Part shown: piece by piece, positions 49,086 through 60,051 of the stretch
Position numbering within the stretch: position 1 is the first letter of the stretch
How the letters are laid out: each line of letters opens with the position of its first letter
Assembly: GCA_965205265.1 (NCBI GenBank)
Contig: CBDBGH010000003.1
Coordinates: forward strand, 1,280,001 to 1,344,000
Direction of reading: 5' to 3'
Origin: Alphaproteobacteria bacterium
Lineage (GTDB): Bacteria > Pseudomonadota > Alphaproteobacteria > Bin95
Length of the DNA stretch: 64,000 nt
The notes under the pieces: generated by a model
Told to the model about the DNA's origin: nothing
What the model saw: only the letters and a program-made list of their open reading frames with translations
The model's database searches: none
Translations under genes and position numbers: made by a program

Positions 49086-50971
49086 TCGTCGCAACCGCCG
49101 GGCATATCGACCACGGCAAGACCTCGCTGGTGAAGGCGCTGACCGGCACGGACGCCGACCGGCTGCCGGAAGAGAAGGCGCGGGGCCTCACCATCGACCT
49201 CGGCTTCGCCTACTGGCAGGCCGGCCCCGGCCAGACGGTCGGCTTCATCGACGTGCCGGGGCATGAGCGCTTCATCAAGAACATGCTGGCGGGCGTCACC
49301 GGCATCGACGCGGCGCTGCTGATCGTGGCCGCCGATGACGGACCGATGCCGCAGACGCGCGAGCATCTGGCGATCCTCGACCTGCTGGGCGTGCAGCGCG
49401 GCATCATCGCCGTCACCAAGGCCGACCGCGCGGAGCCGGAGCGCGTGCAGGCCGTTGCCGAAGAGGCGCAGGCGCTTGCGGCCGATACGGGGCTTGCCGG
49501 GGCGCCGGTATTGCCCGTCTCCGCGATAACCGGCGAGGGCGTGCCGGAATTGCAGCGCCTGTTGCAACGGCTTGCGGGCGCGGTCGGGCGCCGGCGGGCC
49601 TCGGGGCGGTTCCGGCTCGCGGTGGACCGCAGCTTCACCCTGCGCGGCGCGGGCCTCGTGGTCACCGGCACGGCATTTTCGGGCGCGGTCAAGGTCGGCG
49701 ACCGGCTGCTGGTCTCGCCCGGCGGCGTCGAGGCGCGGGTGCGCGCCATCCATGCCGAGAATGTCGAGGCCCATGCCGCCCAGGCCGGGCAGAGGGTGGC
49801 GCTCAATCTCGCCGGGGCCGGCCTCCGCCGCCACGCGGTCTCGCGCGGCGACTGGCTGCTGGCCCCGGAGGCCCACGGGCCGACGCGCCGGATCGATGTC
49901 AGGCTGAGAGTGCTCGGCAGCGAGGCGCGGCCGCTGCGCGACCGCACGCCCGTGCATGTCCATCTGGGCGCGGCGGATGTGACCGGCAGGGTCGCGGTGC
50001 TGGACGGGCCGTCCATCGCGCCGGGCGAAGCCGGCTGGGCGCAGTTGCTGCTGGACCGCGAGATCGGCGCGCTTGCGGGCGACGGCGTCGTGCTGCGCGA
50101 CCAGTCGGCGATGCGCACCATGGCCGGCGGGCGCGTCGCCGATCCGTTCCCGCCGGCGCGCGGCCGGGCGCGGCCGGAGCGGCTGGCGGAACTTGCCGTG
50201 CGCGCCGGGGAGGACCCGTTCGGCGGGCTGGTGGAGGCGGCGCCGTTCGGGTTCGACTTCCCCCGGTTCGCGGTGGCGCACAACCTGAACGACGCCGAAC
50301 AGGCGGCGCTCAGGCGGCGGCAGGGCGTGGTGTTTGCGGGTCCGGTGGCGGTCGATGCCGGGCGCTGGCAGGCGCTTTTGGACGCCTTCGAGCGCGAGGT
50401 GGACGCCTGGACGGCCGCGCATCCCGACAGCCCCGGTCTCGGCCCCGTCGCGCTTCGCCGCCGGCTCGACCCGGTGCCGCCGCGCGACATTGCCGAGGCG
50501 GCGCTGGCCGCGCTGGCGGGAGCGGGCCGGCTTGCGCGCTCCGGCGGCTTCGTCCACCGGCCGGGCCACCGCGCGGCGCTCGCCCCGGAAGAGGAGGCGC
50601 TCTGGCGGCGCATCGAGCCGCTGGTGACGGAAGGCGGCCTGCGCCCGCCGCGCGTGCGCGAGCTCGCCGAGATGCTCAAAGTCGATCATGTGCGGGTCGA
50701 GGGCGTGTTGCGACAGGCGGGCCGTTTCGGCTTGGTGCGGCGCGTCGCGGACAACCGCTGGTTCCCGCCCGCCGCGCTCAAGGGGTTGGCCGACATTGCC
50801 GAGGCCCTGGCGGCGGAGAGCGCCGACGGGCGCTTCACCGCGGCGGCCTACAAGGACCGCTCCGGCATCGGCCGCAACGTGACCATCGAATTGCTGGAAT
50901 TCTTCGACAAGGAAGGCTTCACCCGCCGCGAGGGCGACGCAAGACGGATCGTCCGCGAGTGGCGGGGCTGA
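49082..50971 (+). CDS. selB: selenocysteine-specific elongation factor
   Basis: [27 protein letters not shown]; C-terminal winged helix [13 protein letters not shown]; ATGA coupling to selA. Confidence 0.97.
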   Translation: MIVATAGHIDHGKTSLVKALTGTDADRLPEEKARGLTIDLGFAYWQAGPGQTVGFIDVPGHERFIKNMLAGVTGIDAALLIVAADDGPMPQTREHLAILDLLGVQRGIIAVTKADRAEPERVQAVAEEAQALAADTGLAGAPVLPVSAITGEGVPELQRLLQRLAGAVGRRRASGRFRLAVDRSFTLRGAGLVVTGTAFSGAVKVGDRLLVSPGGVEARVRAIHAENVEAHAAQAGQRVALNLAGAGLRRHAVSRGDWLLAPEAHGPTRRIDVRLRVLGSEARPLRDRTPVHVHLGAADVTGRVAVLDGPSIAPGEAGWAQLLLDREIGALAGDGVVLRDQSAMRTMAGGRVADPFPPARGRARPERLAELAVRAGEDPFGGLVEAAPFGFDFPRFAVAHNLNDAEQAALRRRQGVVFAGPVAVDAGRWQALLDAFEREVDAWTAAHPDSPGLGPVALRRRLDPVPPRDIAEAALAALAGAGRLARSGGFVHRPGHRAALAPEEEALWRRIEPLVTEGGLRPPRVRELAEMLKVDHVRVEGVLRQAGRFGLVRRVADNRWFPPAALKGLADIAEALAAESADGRFTAAAYKDRSGIGRNVTIELLEFFDKEGFTRREGDARRIVREWRG

Positions 50972-51000
50972 CGATGGCGGGTGAAAGGGAGACCGCTTCG

Positions 51001-52083
51001 ATGCGCATAGAAGACATCCGGGTTCATCTGCTGGTGCTGCCGTGGCGGGAGCAGCCGGCCTTCCAGCGCGGCTATGCGCGGGAGCGCAATGTGCTCGCGG
51101 TCGAGATCGAGACGCGCTCGGGTCATGTCGGGCTCGGCTACCAGCTCTATCTGCGCGAGGGCTTCCGCACGGTGAAGGCGTGCCTGGAAGAGACCATGGT
51201 TCCCCACCTGATCGGGCGCGACGCGAGCGAGGTCGAGGCGATCTGGCGCGAACTCTGGACCGCCTCCCTGGCGGACGGGCGCGGCGGGGCGCCGGTGCTG
51301 GCGCTTTCGGCCATCGACGTGGCGCTCTGGGACATTGTCGGCCAGGCGGCGGGGATGCCGCTGCACCGGCTCTGGGGCCACTACCGCGCCGAGGCGCCCG
51401 CTTACGGCTCGGGCGTCTGGCGGGGGCTCGAGCCCGACGCGATGGTGGAAAAGGCGCTGCGCTTCAAGGCGGAGGGCTACCCGGCGGTCAAGATGCAGGT
51501 CGGCCATGCCTGGACGGATGCGGAGGACCTTGAGCATGTCCGCCGGGTGCGCGAGGCCGTCGGGCCGGAGATCGATATCATGGTCGATGTCAACATGGCA
51601 TGGACCGCCGACCATGCCATCCTGCAGGGCCGCAAGCTGGAGCAATACGACATCTACTGGCTGGAGGAGCCGGTGGTGCCGGACGATTTCGCCGGCTATT
51701 TCCGGATTGCGGACGCGCTCGACCTCCGGGTCGTCGGCGGCGAGAGCCACATGACGCGCTACGACCTCAAGCCCTTCTTCGAGAACCCGAAGCTGCCGAT
51801 CCTGCAGCCGGACGTGGTGCGCGGCGGGCTGACGGACCTCCGCAAAACCGCGGCGATCGCCGACACCTGGGGCATGACCATCGCCCCGCATCTCTATCCC
51901 GAGCTGATGATCCAGCTCATGGCCTCGATCCCGAACGGTCTCATTCTGGAAGACATGGGGCTGATGCAGGACCTGTTCACCGACCCGCCGCTTGCGGAAA
52001 ACGGCATCGTCCGCGCCCCGGAAACGCCCGGCCACGGCCTCGTCTTCACGGAAGAGGCGATGAAGGAAGGCCGGGTCGCCTGA
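51001..52083 (+). CDS. mandelate racemase/muconate lactonizing enzyme family protein
   Basis: SAIDVALWD, KMQVG, MVDVN, WLEEP, GGE, QPDV; alternative start at 50974. Confidence 0.9.
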   Translation: MRIEDIRVHLLVLPWREQPAFQRGYARERNVLAVEIETRSGHVGLGYQLYLREGFRTVKACLEETMVPHLIGRDASEVEAIWRELWTASLADGRGGAPVLALSAIDVALWDIVGQAAGMPLHRLWGHYRAEAPAYGSGVWRGLEPDAMVEKALRFKAEGYPAVKMQVGHAWTDAEDLEHVRRVREAVGPEIDIMVDVNMAWTADHAILQGRKLEQYDIYWLEEPVVPDDFAGYFRIADALDLRVVGGESHMTRYDLKPFFENPKLPILQPDVVRGGLTDLRKTAAIADTWGMTIAPHLYPELMIQLMASIPNGLILEDMGLMQDLFTDPPLAENGIVRAPETPGHGLVFTEEAMKEGRVA

Positions 52084-52135
52084 CGGCGAGGGCGTTCGGC
52101 CCCCGGCTTTCCCGCTCCGGGGGCGCGACGCGGCG

Positions 52136-52576
52136 TCACTCGTCGTTTGCGCCTCCGGCCTGCGGAACATGCAGGCTGCGGATGAAATCGACCAGTATGG
52201 CTACGGTCATTCCGAACAGGATCAGGCCGTTCGCCGCCAGCAGGCCCGACAGCAGGCGGTAGGGCTTCGCCAGCACGATGTCGCCGAATCCGAGGGTCGT
52301 GAAGGAGACCAGGGAGAAATACACGGCCGTCTCCAGATCGGGGAGCGCGCCTGCCCGCAGGAAATAGAAGGCCCAGAGCCAGACGGTTGCGCCCATGCCC
52401 GCCATGAGCCAGAGGGAGGCGAGACAGAGCGCGCCGGCCTGCTTCGCCAGAAAGGGCGGCCGGCGCAGCCACGCCTCGCGCCGGCGCAGCGTCCGGGCGG
52501 CGAACGCTATGAGCCCGGCCTGGACGGCTATGCTCAATACGATAAGGGCCGAGCCGACGACGAACTGTCCGGTCAT
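52136..52576 (-). CDS. small ion-channel domain protein (Ion_trans_2)
   Basis: YFSLVSFTTLGFGDI pore motif between TM helices; C-terminal part of the 52136..53125 ORF. Confidence 0.85.
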   Translation of the reverse strand: MTGQFVVGSALIVLSIAVQAGLIAFAARTLRRREAWLRRPPFLAKQAGALCLASLWLMAGMGATVWLWAFYFLRAGALPDLETAVYFSLVSFTTLGFGDIVLAKPYRLLSGLLAANGLILFGMTVAILVDFIRSLHVPQAGGANDE

Positions 52577-52696
52577 CTCCGGGCTTTGTTCCCCCATGTC
52601 CGCCGGAAAGGGTGGCAGACGCCCCGCCCCGCCGCAATCCGCACGGCGGCGGCGCCCGCCTCGCAGGCGGCGCCCGGTTCGTGCTAACTGGAAGCC

Positions 52697-53623
52697 ATGA
52701 GCGAGGGCGCGATCAGGAGCGAGGCGGTTGCAGGGGCGATTTCTACGGAAGCCCCGGACCCGATCCCGGTTTCGCCCATACCTGTGGTCAATGTCGCCTC
52801 GGTGCCGCAGCGCAGCCCGCTGCGCTATCCGGGCGGCAAGACATGGCTCATCCCGCATATCCGCCACTGGCTGAAGGGCATCGAGCCCCGGCCGAAGCTG
52901 CTCGTCGAGCCGTTCGCCGGCGGCGGCATCGTTTCCCTCACGGCTGTGATGGAAGAGCTCGTGGACCGCTGCCTGATGGTGGAGCTGGACCGCGATGTCG
53001 CCGCCTTCTGGCACGCTGCGCTCCGCCACGGGCCCGAACTCTGCGAAATGGTGCGGCATTTCCAGCCGACGCGGGAGGCGGTCGATGCGCTGTCGCGGCA
53101 GGCGCTGGCCAATGTGCTGGAGCACGGTTTCCGCACCCTCGTCCTGAACCGGACCAGGCGAGGGGGCATCCTCGCGCCGGGGGCGTCCTTAGTCCGGTCG
53201 GGAGAGTGCGGGATGGGCCTGGCCTCGCGGTGGTATCCGGAGACGCTTGTCCGGCGGCTTTTGGCTATTGCAGACAATGCGGATCACATTGAATTCAAAG
53301 AGAGCGACGGGATGGCGCTTCTGGAGGCCTTGCCTGCGGATGCCGTCTTGTTCGTGGACCCGCCCTACAGCGCCGGCGGGAAGCGGGCCGGCCAGCGCCT
53401 CTACGCCCACAACAAGATCGACCATGCGCGTCTGTTTGCCCTACTGGCGGAAACGAAGGCGAACTTCCTCATGACCTATGACAGGTCCGATGAAATTGAA
53501 GCCTTAGTCTGCAAGCACCGCTTCCACGCTGTTCGTGTGCTGATGGTGAATACGCATCATGCCCGCATACCGGAACTCGTGATTTCGGCGCGCCAGGTAT
53601 TCCGTCGTGTAAGCACGGGCTGA
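52697..53623 (+). CDS. DNA adenine methyltransferase (D12/Dam-like class), solitary
   Basis: SPLRYPGGK, EPFAGGG (motif I), DPPY (motif IV), LMTYD. Confidence 0.9.
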   Translation: MSEGAIRSEAVAGAISTEAPDPIPVSPIPVVNVASVPQRSPLRYPGGKTWLIPHIRHWLKGIEPRPKLLVEPFAGGGIVSLTAVMEELVDRCLMVELDRDVAAFWHAALRHGPELCEMVRHFQPTREAVDALSRQALANVLEHGFRTLVLNRTRRGGILAPGASLVRSGECGMGLASRWYPETLVRRLLAIADNADHIEFKESDGMALLEALPADAVLFVDPPYSAGGKRAGQRLYAHNKIDHARLFALLAETKANFLMTYDRSDEIEALVCKHRFHAVRVLMVNTHHARIPELVISARQVFRRVSTG

Positions 53624-53644
53624 GGCGCCTCCCTGCTCCACCGC

Positions 53645-54742
<1,098 letters not shown>

Positions 54743-54748
54743 TGTCGG

Positions 54749-55597
54749 CTATCCTTTCACGGCGCCGGTCATGCCGGACACATAATGTTCGACGAAGAAC
54801 GAATAGACGATGGCGACGGGCACCGAGCCGAACAGGGCTCCCGCCATCAGGGCGCCCCAGAAGAACACGTCGCCCTTGATCAGCTCGCTCGTCACGCCGA
54901 CCGGAATCGTCTTGGTCTCCGGCGAGTGGATGAAGACCAGCGCATAGAGGAACTCGTTCCAGGAGAGCGTGAAGGCGAAAATTCCGGCCGACAGGATTCC
55001 GGGCACCGCCAGCGGCAGGACGATCTTGAACATCGCCTGCAGGCGCGTTGCCCCGTCGATCCGGGCGCACTCCTCCAATTCCTTGGGAATGGTCTGGAAA
55101 TAGCCCATCAGCAACCAGGTGCAGAACGGCACGAGGAAGGTCGGATAGGTGAAGATCAGCGACCATGTGGTGTCCTGCAGCCCCATCCATGTCACGACGC
55201 CGGTAAGCGGAATGAACAGCAGCGTCGGCGGCACCAGATAGGTGACGAAGATCATGATGCCGAACATGGTCGAGCCCCGGAACACGAGGCGGGAGAGCGC
55301 GTAGCCCGCGAGCACGCCGGCGAACAGGGAGACCGCCGTCGAAGCGATCGCGACCCAGAGCGTGTTGACGGCCCACTCGATGAAAAGCGTCGTCCCGAAC
55401 AGGCTTTCCCAGTGCTCCAGCGTGGGCTCGCGCACGATGAAGGGCGAGATGCGCGGATTGTAGAGCTCGGCGTCCGGCTTGATGGATGTGATGAGCATCC
55501 AGGCGAACGGGAACAGCATCGCGAAGACGAACAGGAAGAGCGGGATGTAGAAGATCACCAGCCGCCGGAAATAGGTCTCGCCCACCATGGCGTTCAT
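54749..55597 (-). CDS. carbohydrate ABC transporter permease (MalG-like)
   Basis: IPKELEECARIDGA EAA loop, WNEFLYA. Confidence 0.93.
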   Translation of the reverse strand: MNAMVGETYFRRLVIFYIPLFLFVFAMLFPFAWMLITSIKPDAELYNPRISPFIVREPTLEHWESLFGTTLFIEWAVNTLWVAIASTAVSLFAGVLAGYALSRLVFRGSTMFGIMIFVTYLVPPTLLFIPLTGVVTWMGLQDTTWSLIFTYPTFLVPFCTWLLMGYFQTIPKELEECARIDGATRLQAMFKIVLPLAVPGILSAGIFAFTLSWNEFLYALVFIHSPETKTIPVGVTSELIKGDVFFWGALMAGALFGSVPVAIVYSFFVEHYVSGMTGAVKG

Positions 55598-55599
55598 GG

Positions 55600-56571
55600 C
55601 TACCGCACTCCCTCGCGCCTGAGATACCAAAGCTGGAAGATGATGACGAACGCCAGTATGGGCAGCATGAACAGGGCCGTTGCCGCGCCCTGGCCGATAT
55701 TTCCCGATCCCATGCCGAGCTGGTAGGCCAGCGTGGCCAGCAAGTGGGTTTCGTTGTTGGGGCCGCCCCGGGTCAGGATATAGACCAGCTGGAAGTCGGC
55801 GAAGGTCACCACGATGGAGAAAACGATCACCACGATCGCCACCGGCTTAATCAGCGGCAGCGTCACATGCCAGAATTTCTTCCAGCCGCTGGCGCCGTCG
55901 ATGTCGGCGGCGTCGTAAAGATCCGGCGGAATCGTTTGCAGGCCGGCCAGGAAGGAAATCGCGAAAAACGGCAGGCCGCGCCAGACATTGACGAGAATCA
56001 CCGAGGCCATGGCGAGGCTCGGGTCGCCCAGCCATAACGGGCCGCGGAAAAAGCCCCAATTCTCCTTCAGGACCAGCCCGAAAATGCCGATTTCCATCTG
56101 CCAGAGCCAGCGGAGCGTCCAGTTGAACACGCTGAACGTGGCGTCGAACATCCACAGCCAGGCCAGCGTGCTGAGCACGGTCGGCACGATGAAAGGCAGC
56201 AACACGGTGGCGCGGGTGATATTCGCAAAGCGGAATTTGCGGTTCAGCAGCACCGCCAGCCACATGCCGAGGACCGCCTTGAAAACCGTGGCGACCGTAG
56301 TGAAGAACACGGTATTCCAGGCGGCGGTGAGGAAGATGTCGCTGGCGAACAGCTTTTCGTAGTTGCCGAGTCCGATGAAGGTGCCCGATGTGCCAACGAT
56401 CTTGTCGGTAAGCGACATCCACACCCCGAGCACGAAGGGGTAGGCGATGAAGATCAGGATCAGCAGCAGGGCCGGCGCCATCAGGACGTAGCCGAGCACG
56501 CGCTGGTCTTCCAGGGCGGTGACAAGCCTTTCCTTGAGGGAAGGCGCAGGCGCCGTTTGCTGCGTTTGCAT
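55600..56571 (-). CDS. carbohydrate ABC transporter permease (MalF-like)
   Basis: LAGLQTIPPDLYDAADIDGA, LTRGGP. Confidence 0.93.
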   Translation of the reverse strand: MQTQQTAPAPSLKERLVTALEDQRVLGYVLMAPALLLILIFIAYPFVLGVWMSLTDKIVGTSGTFIGLGNYEKLFASDIFLTAAWNTVFFTTVATVFKAVLGMWLAVLLNRKFRFANITRATVLLPFIVPTVLSTLAWLWMFDATFSVFNWTLRWLWQMEIGIFGLVLKENWGFFRGPLWLGDPSLAMASVILVNVWRGLPFFAISFLAGLQTIPPDLYDAADIDGASGWKKFWHVTLPLIKPVAIVVIVFSIVVTFADFQLVYILTRGGPNNETHLLATLAYQLGMGSGNIGQGAATALFMLPILAFVIIFQLWYLRREGVR

Positions 56572-56626
56572 GGCGGTTCGGACAGCCCGTTACGGGAAGC
56601 GGAGGACCTCGGTCGAGGCGAAGGAA

Positions 56627-56654
56627 GCCTGCGGCGGCCGGGGCCGCCGCAGGC
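56627..56654. other. intergenic GC stem-loop, originally between the binding-protein and permease genes
   Basis: GCCTGCGGCGGC-CGGG-GCCGCCGCAGGC, perfect 12-bp stem with no U-tract. Confidence 0.55.
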
Positions 56655-56673
56655 CGGTCATGCCGACAACGCT

Positions 56674-57795
56674 CTAGTGTCCTGATTCTGAAGTTTTGAT
56701 GATTTTCATCTGGCGTTCGGCAGTTTCCAGCGTCCGCAGACAGAAGCGCTTGATGGTGGCAAGGATGTCGTCGGCGGATTTGGTCCAGCGGAAGGGTCGC
56801 GGGTCGGCGTTGACGGTGTCGATGTAGTTCCGGATGGCCTGCTCGAGTTCCTGGGGCGAGCGATGAACCCCGCGCCTGAGCTGTTTCTCGGTCAAGAGTG
56901 CGAAGAAGCGCTCGACCTGGTTGAGCCAGGAGGCGCCGGTGGGCGTGAAGTGGACATGCCAGCGGGGATGCCGGGCCAGCCAACGCCGGACGGCGGGCGT
57001 CTTGTGGGTTGCGTAGTTGTCCATCACCAGATGGACGTCGAGTTCGCCGGGGACCTGGGCTTCGAGCGTGCGCAGGAACTTGAGGAACTCCCGGCTGCGG
57101 TGGCGCGGCAAGCACTGGCCGATGACCCGGCCGGTGGCGATGTCCAGCGCCGCGAACAGCGTGGTGGTGCCATGGCGCGTGTAGTCATGAGTACGCCGCT
57201 CGACCTGACCCGGCCGCATGGGAAGCAGCGGGCGGGAGCGGTCCAGAGCTTGGATCTGGCTCTTCTCATCGACGCAGAGCACCAGCGCGCGCTCGGGCGG
57301 GTCGAGATAGAGGCCGACAATGTCCCGCACCTTCTCCACAAACAGTGGGTCCGACGACAGCTTGAACGTCTCCGAGCGATGCGGCTGCAGGCCGAAAGCC
57401 TGCCAGATGCGATGGATCGTCGAGGGCGCATAGCCTGCAGCGCGCGCCATCGAGCGCAGGCTCCAATGCGTGCCGTCGGGGGGTGTTTCTTCCAGGGTGC
57501 GGGCAATGACCTCCGCAACCTCCTCGTCACCGATCTTGCGCGGAGCGCCCGGGCGCGGCTCGTCATAGAGCCCGTCAAGCCCGCGCTCGGCAAAACGCCG
57601 CCGCCATTTGCCGACCGTATTCGCATCCGCTCCCAAGCGCGCAACTATCGCCTTGTTCTCCAGACCCTCAGCAGCAGCCAGGACAATCCGAGCCCGACGC
57701 GCCAGTCCCTGCGCCGTCTTCCGACGCCGCGCCAAACCCTCCAACTCTCGTCGTTCTGCTGCCGACAAAGTAATCGCGACCGCTGCTCTCCCCAC
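56674..57795 (-). CDS. IS630-family transposase
   Basis: HTH ([21 protein letters not shown]); DDE motifs [28 protein letters not shown]. Confidence 0.96.
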   Translation of the reverse strand: MGRAAVAITLSAAERRELEGLARRRKTAQGLARRARIVLAAAEGLENKAIVARLGADANTVGKWRRRFAERGLDGLYDEPRPGAPRKIGDEEVAEVIARTLEETPPDGTHWSLRSMARAAGYAPSTIHRIWQAFGLQPHRSETFKLSSDPLFVEKVRDIVGLYLDPPERALVLCVDEKSQIQALDRSRPLLPMRPGQVERRTHDYTRHGTTTLFAALDIATGRVIGQCLPRHRSREFLKFLRTLEAQVPGELDVHLVMDNYATHKTPAVRRWLARHPRWHVHFTPTGASWLNQVERFFALLTEKQLRRGVHRSPQELEQAIRNYIDTVNADPRPFRWTKSADDILATIKRFCLRTLETAERQMKIIKTSESGH

Positions 57796-57856
57796 CGGTC
57801 AGCCCTCCATCAAAACCGATAATCTTATTCTAATAAACTTCTCGATCAGGATACTA
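56675..57856 (-). mobile_element. IS630-family insertion sequence, complete
   Basis: TIRs TAGTGTCCTGAT / ATCAGGATACTA; both ends sit in CTAG (56674-56677 and 57854-57857), consistent with TA duplication. Confidence 0.92.
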
Positions 57857-58135
57857 GTTGTAGACGTTCTCCAGTTCCTTCTGCCCCCAGGCGGCGATCG
57901 CCTTGGGGTCCTCGCCCTGAACGGCGCGGGCGAACATGTCCACGACGATGTATTTTTCCGCCGCTTCGCCGGACGCGCGGTTCCACGGGCCGGCATGGCC
58001 GTAGCTGCGCCCGTATTTGGCGTTTGTGCTGAAGATGCCGAGCGCCGGGTCGGAGGTCCACACCGGGTGGTCCTCCCATTTCGGCGTCAGGCCCTGCACA
58101 TAGCCGCTGTTCACCGAAATGAACTGGCTGAAATT
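57569..58135. repeat. 567-bp direct repeat, left copy (IS630 5' end plus the last ~280 bp of the binding-protein gene)
   Basis: Reads identical to 60052-60618 and the ORF track gives identical translations; abuts the IS1634 inverted repeat exactly. Confidence 0.93.
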
Positions 58136-60051
58136 CCTGACTTCGACGGTTGATTCGCATAAGTAGTTGATATTGCCTGGTTCTCATTTCGGCTAGGCAC
58201 TACATCCGGCATTTCTTCGAGCCGTGCTTCGTCGACGGTCAGGCGAGTTGATACGGGGTGATCGTCAGGGGCAGCCCCATGGTTGCGTAAATCTGCTCCG
58301 CCGCCGGTGTCGGCTTCGAGGGGATGACGTAGCGGTTGCCCGATTGCCGACAGCGCAGCAGGGAGCACTGGCGGTGGACGAGGGCGGAGCGGATGACCTC
58401 CGGGGACATCCGCCGCTTCTGGATGGCGACGCGGTACGCAAGGTGTCGAACGCAGGCGAAGGCCAGGAAGGCGATGGCGATGTGAGCGCGGATCCGGTCC
58501 GGGTTCCAGTGCCAGATGGGACGTATCTTCAGGTCGTGTTTGGTGATCCGGAAGCTCTCCTCGACCTGCCAGAGCCCCTGGTAGTGAGCCATCACTTCGG
58601 TGACGCGCGCGTCGCGCAGATTGGTGATGACGCCGGTGAGCCCGTCCCATCGTGCGGCCTCGGCGATCTTCTCCGGGTTCACCGTGAGCCGTGCGTCGCC
58701 CTCGACGGCGATGAAGCGCTTCGCCCCGTGATTGGAGAGCAGTTCCCTGGGATTGTCGCTGCGGGCCAGCCTGTCGAGCAGGCGTTCCACCTGATGGCGG
58801 CGCTCGTGCGCGTCCTTGCGTGCGCGCTGGGGGCAGAAGACGACGATCAGGCGACGGCCCTTGTACTCCCACTCGCCGACCCGGCGGTCCTGTGAGCCCT
58901 CCAGCGGGGCATAGGTCCCGGGGTCGAGAACCTGCCCCAGCAGCGCGAGCGGCAGCTTGCGCAGCCGCGCGCCGACGACATACTCGCCGCCGATGGCGTC
59001 CATGGCGTCGAGGTTGTCGGCGCTCAGCATGCCCCGGTCGGCCACGCATACCGTGCGCTCCACCTGGTGGCGGCGCTGCATGTCCTGCAGGACCGGGACC
59101 ATGCTGTGTCCCTCGTAGGTGGCGCCGGGGAAGACCTCGTAGCTGATCGGCAGCCCTTCGCGCGTCACCATCAGCGCCAGCAGAACCTGCGAGTCCTTGT
59201 GTTTGCCGTCCTTGCTGAAGCCGTGCTGGCGAAGCTCGTCCTCGGCGGCCGTCTCGAAGTAGAGCGTGGTGCAATCGAAGAAGAGGATCGCGACCGGCTC
59301 CGGCAGCAGCGACCGGCTCGCCTCGCCGACGCGCGTGCGCAGTCGCTCGATCACCGTCGCGTCGAGCTGATCCATCATCCGGTAGACCTTCTCGAGCGGA
59401 AGACTCACGCCGAAGTCCTCCTCGAGCCGGCGCACGCTGCCCCGCTTGCTGTCGGGGTTGGCTACCCGCGCCATCACCACATGGAACAGCGCGTCATGGG
59501 AGGCCCGGTAGCGCGAGCGCGGCAGCAGCGCGTCGAGGCCCAGCAGCCGGTAGATCTCGCCATAGACCTCGTGGATGCCTGTGATCAGGCGCTGCTCCTC
59601 TTCAAGCTGCTTGAGGTCGACCGGGAGTTCCTCCTTGCCGTCCCCCCGGCGGCCGACACGGATCGCCTGCTCAGCGATCTTCTCGGGCGCAAACAATGCC
59701 GGCTGACGCTCGTCCTCCAGCTTCGCCTTGACGTACTCGCCGAGCTGCCTCAGGCGCTCGAGCTCGTCCTCGTCCATGGCCACGCCGACATGGCGGACGA
59801 TGCGCTGTCGGACCTTGCCGCCGTCGCGCACGGCCTCGACGATCTGGACCGAGCGTCGCGGGCTGTTGGGGGAGGTCTTGATGCGCACGAACATGGGGGG
59901 AGTGTAGCGCGTGGCGGAGGCATTGACAGTCTCAAAGATTTACTAGGCACTACAACGCAGCTTGACCGCACCGCAACTGCCAACTCATTGGCTTTACTGA
60001 AAACTCCAGACGCGAGATCGGTCAGAAGTCAGCCCAACCGTCGAAGTCAGG
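58136..60051 (-). mobile_element. IS1634-family insertion sequence (1916 bp)
   Basis: Perfect 17-bp TIRs CCTGACTTCGACGGTTG (58136-58152) / CAACCGTCGAAGTCAGG (60035-60051). Confidence 0.92.
58239..59894 (-). CDS. IS1634-family transposase
   Basis: 551 aa; N-terminal VQIVEAVRDGGKVRQRIVRHVG; FFDCTTLYFE, GFSKDGK, VADRGM, WQVEESFRITKHDLKIRPIWHW. Confidence 0.93.
   Translation of the reverse strand: MFVRIKTSPNSPRRSVQIVEAVRDGGKVRQRIVRHVGVAMDEDELERLRQLGEYVKAKLEDERQPALFAPEKIAEQAIRVGRRGDGKEELPVDLKQLEEEQRLITGIHEVYGEIYRLLGLDALLPRSRYRASHDALFHVVMARVANPDSKRGSVRRLEEDFGVSLPLEKVYRMMDQLDATVIERLRTRVGEASRSLLPEPVAILFFDCTTLYFETAAEDELRQHGFSKDGKHKDSQVLLALMVTREGLPISYEVFPGATYEGHSMVPVLQDMQRRHQVERTVCVADRGMLSADNLDAMDAIGGEYVVGARLRKLPLALLGQVLDPGTYAPLEGSQDRRVGEWEYKGRRLIVVFCPQRARKDAHERRHQVERLLDRLARSDNPRELLSNHGAKRFIAVEGDARLTVNPEKIAEAARWDGLTGVITNLRDARVTEVMAHYQGLWQVEESFRITKHDLKIRPIWHWNPDRIRAHIAIAFLAFACVRHLAYRVAIQKRRMSPEVIRSALVHRQCSLLRCRQSGNRYVIPSKPTPAAEQIYATMGLPLTITPYQLA

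Noticed and set aside
57854-58114. 86-aa ORF matching the binding-protein C-terminus, and 59994..60278 matching the IS630 N-terminus
   Set aside because: Fragments produced by the 567-bp duplication, not independent genes.
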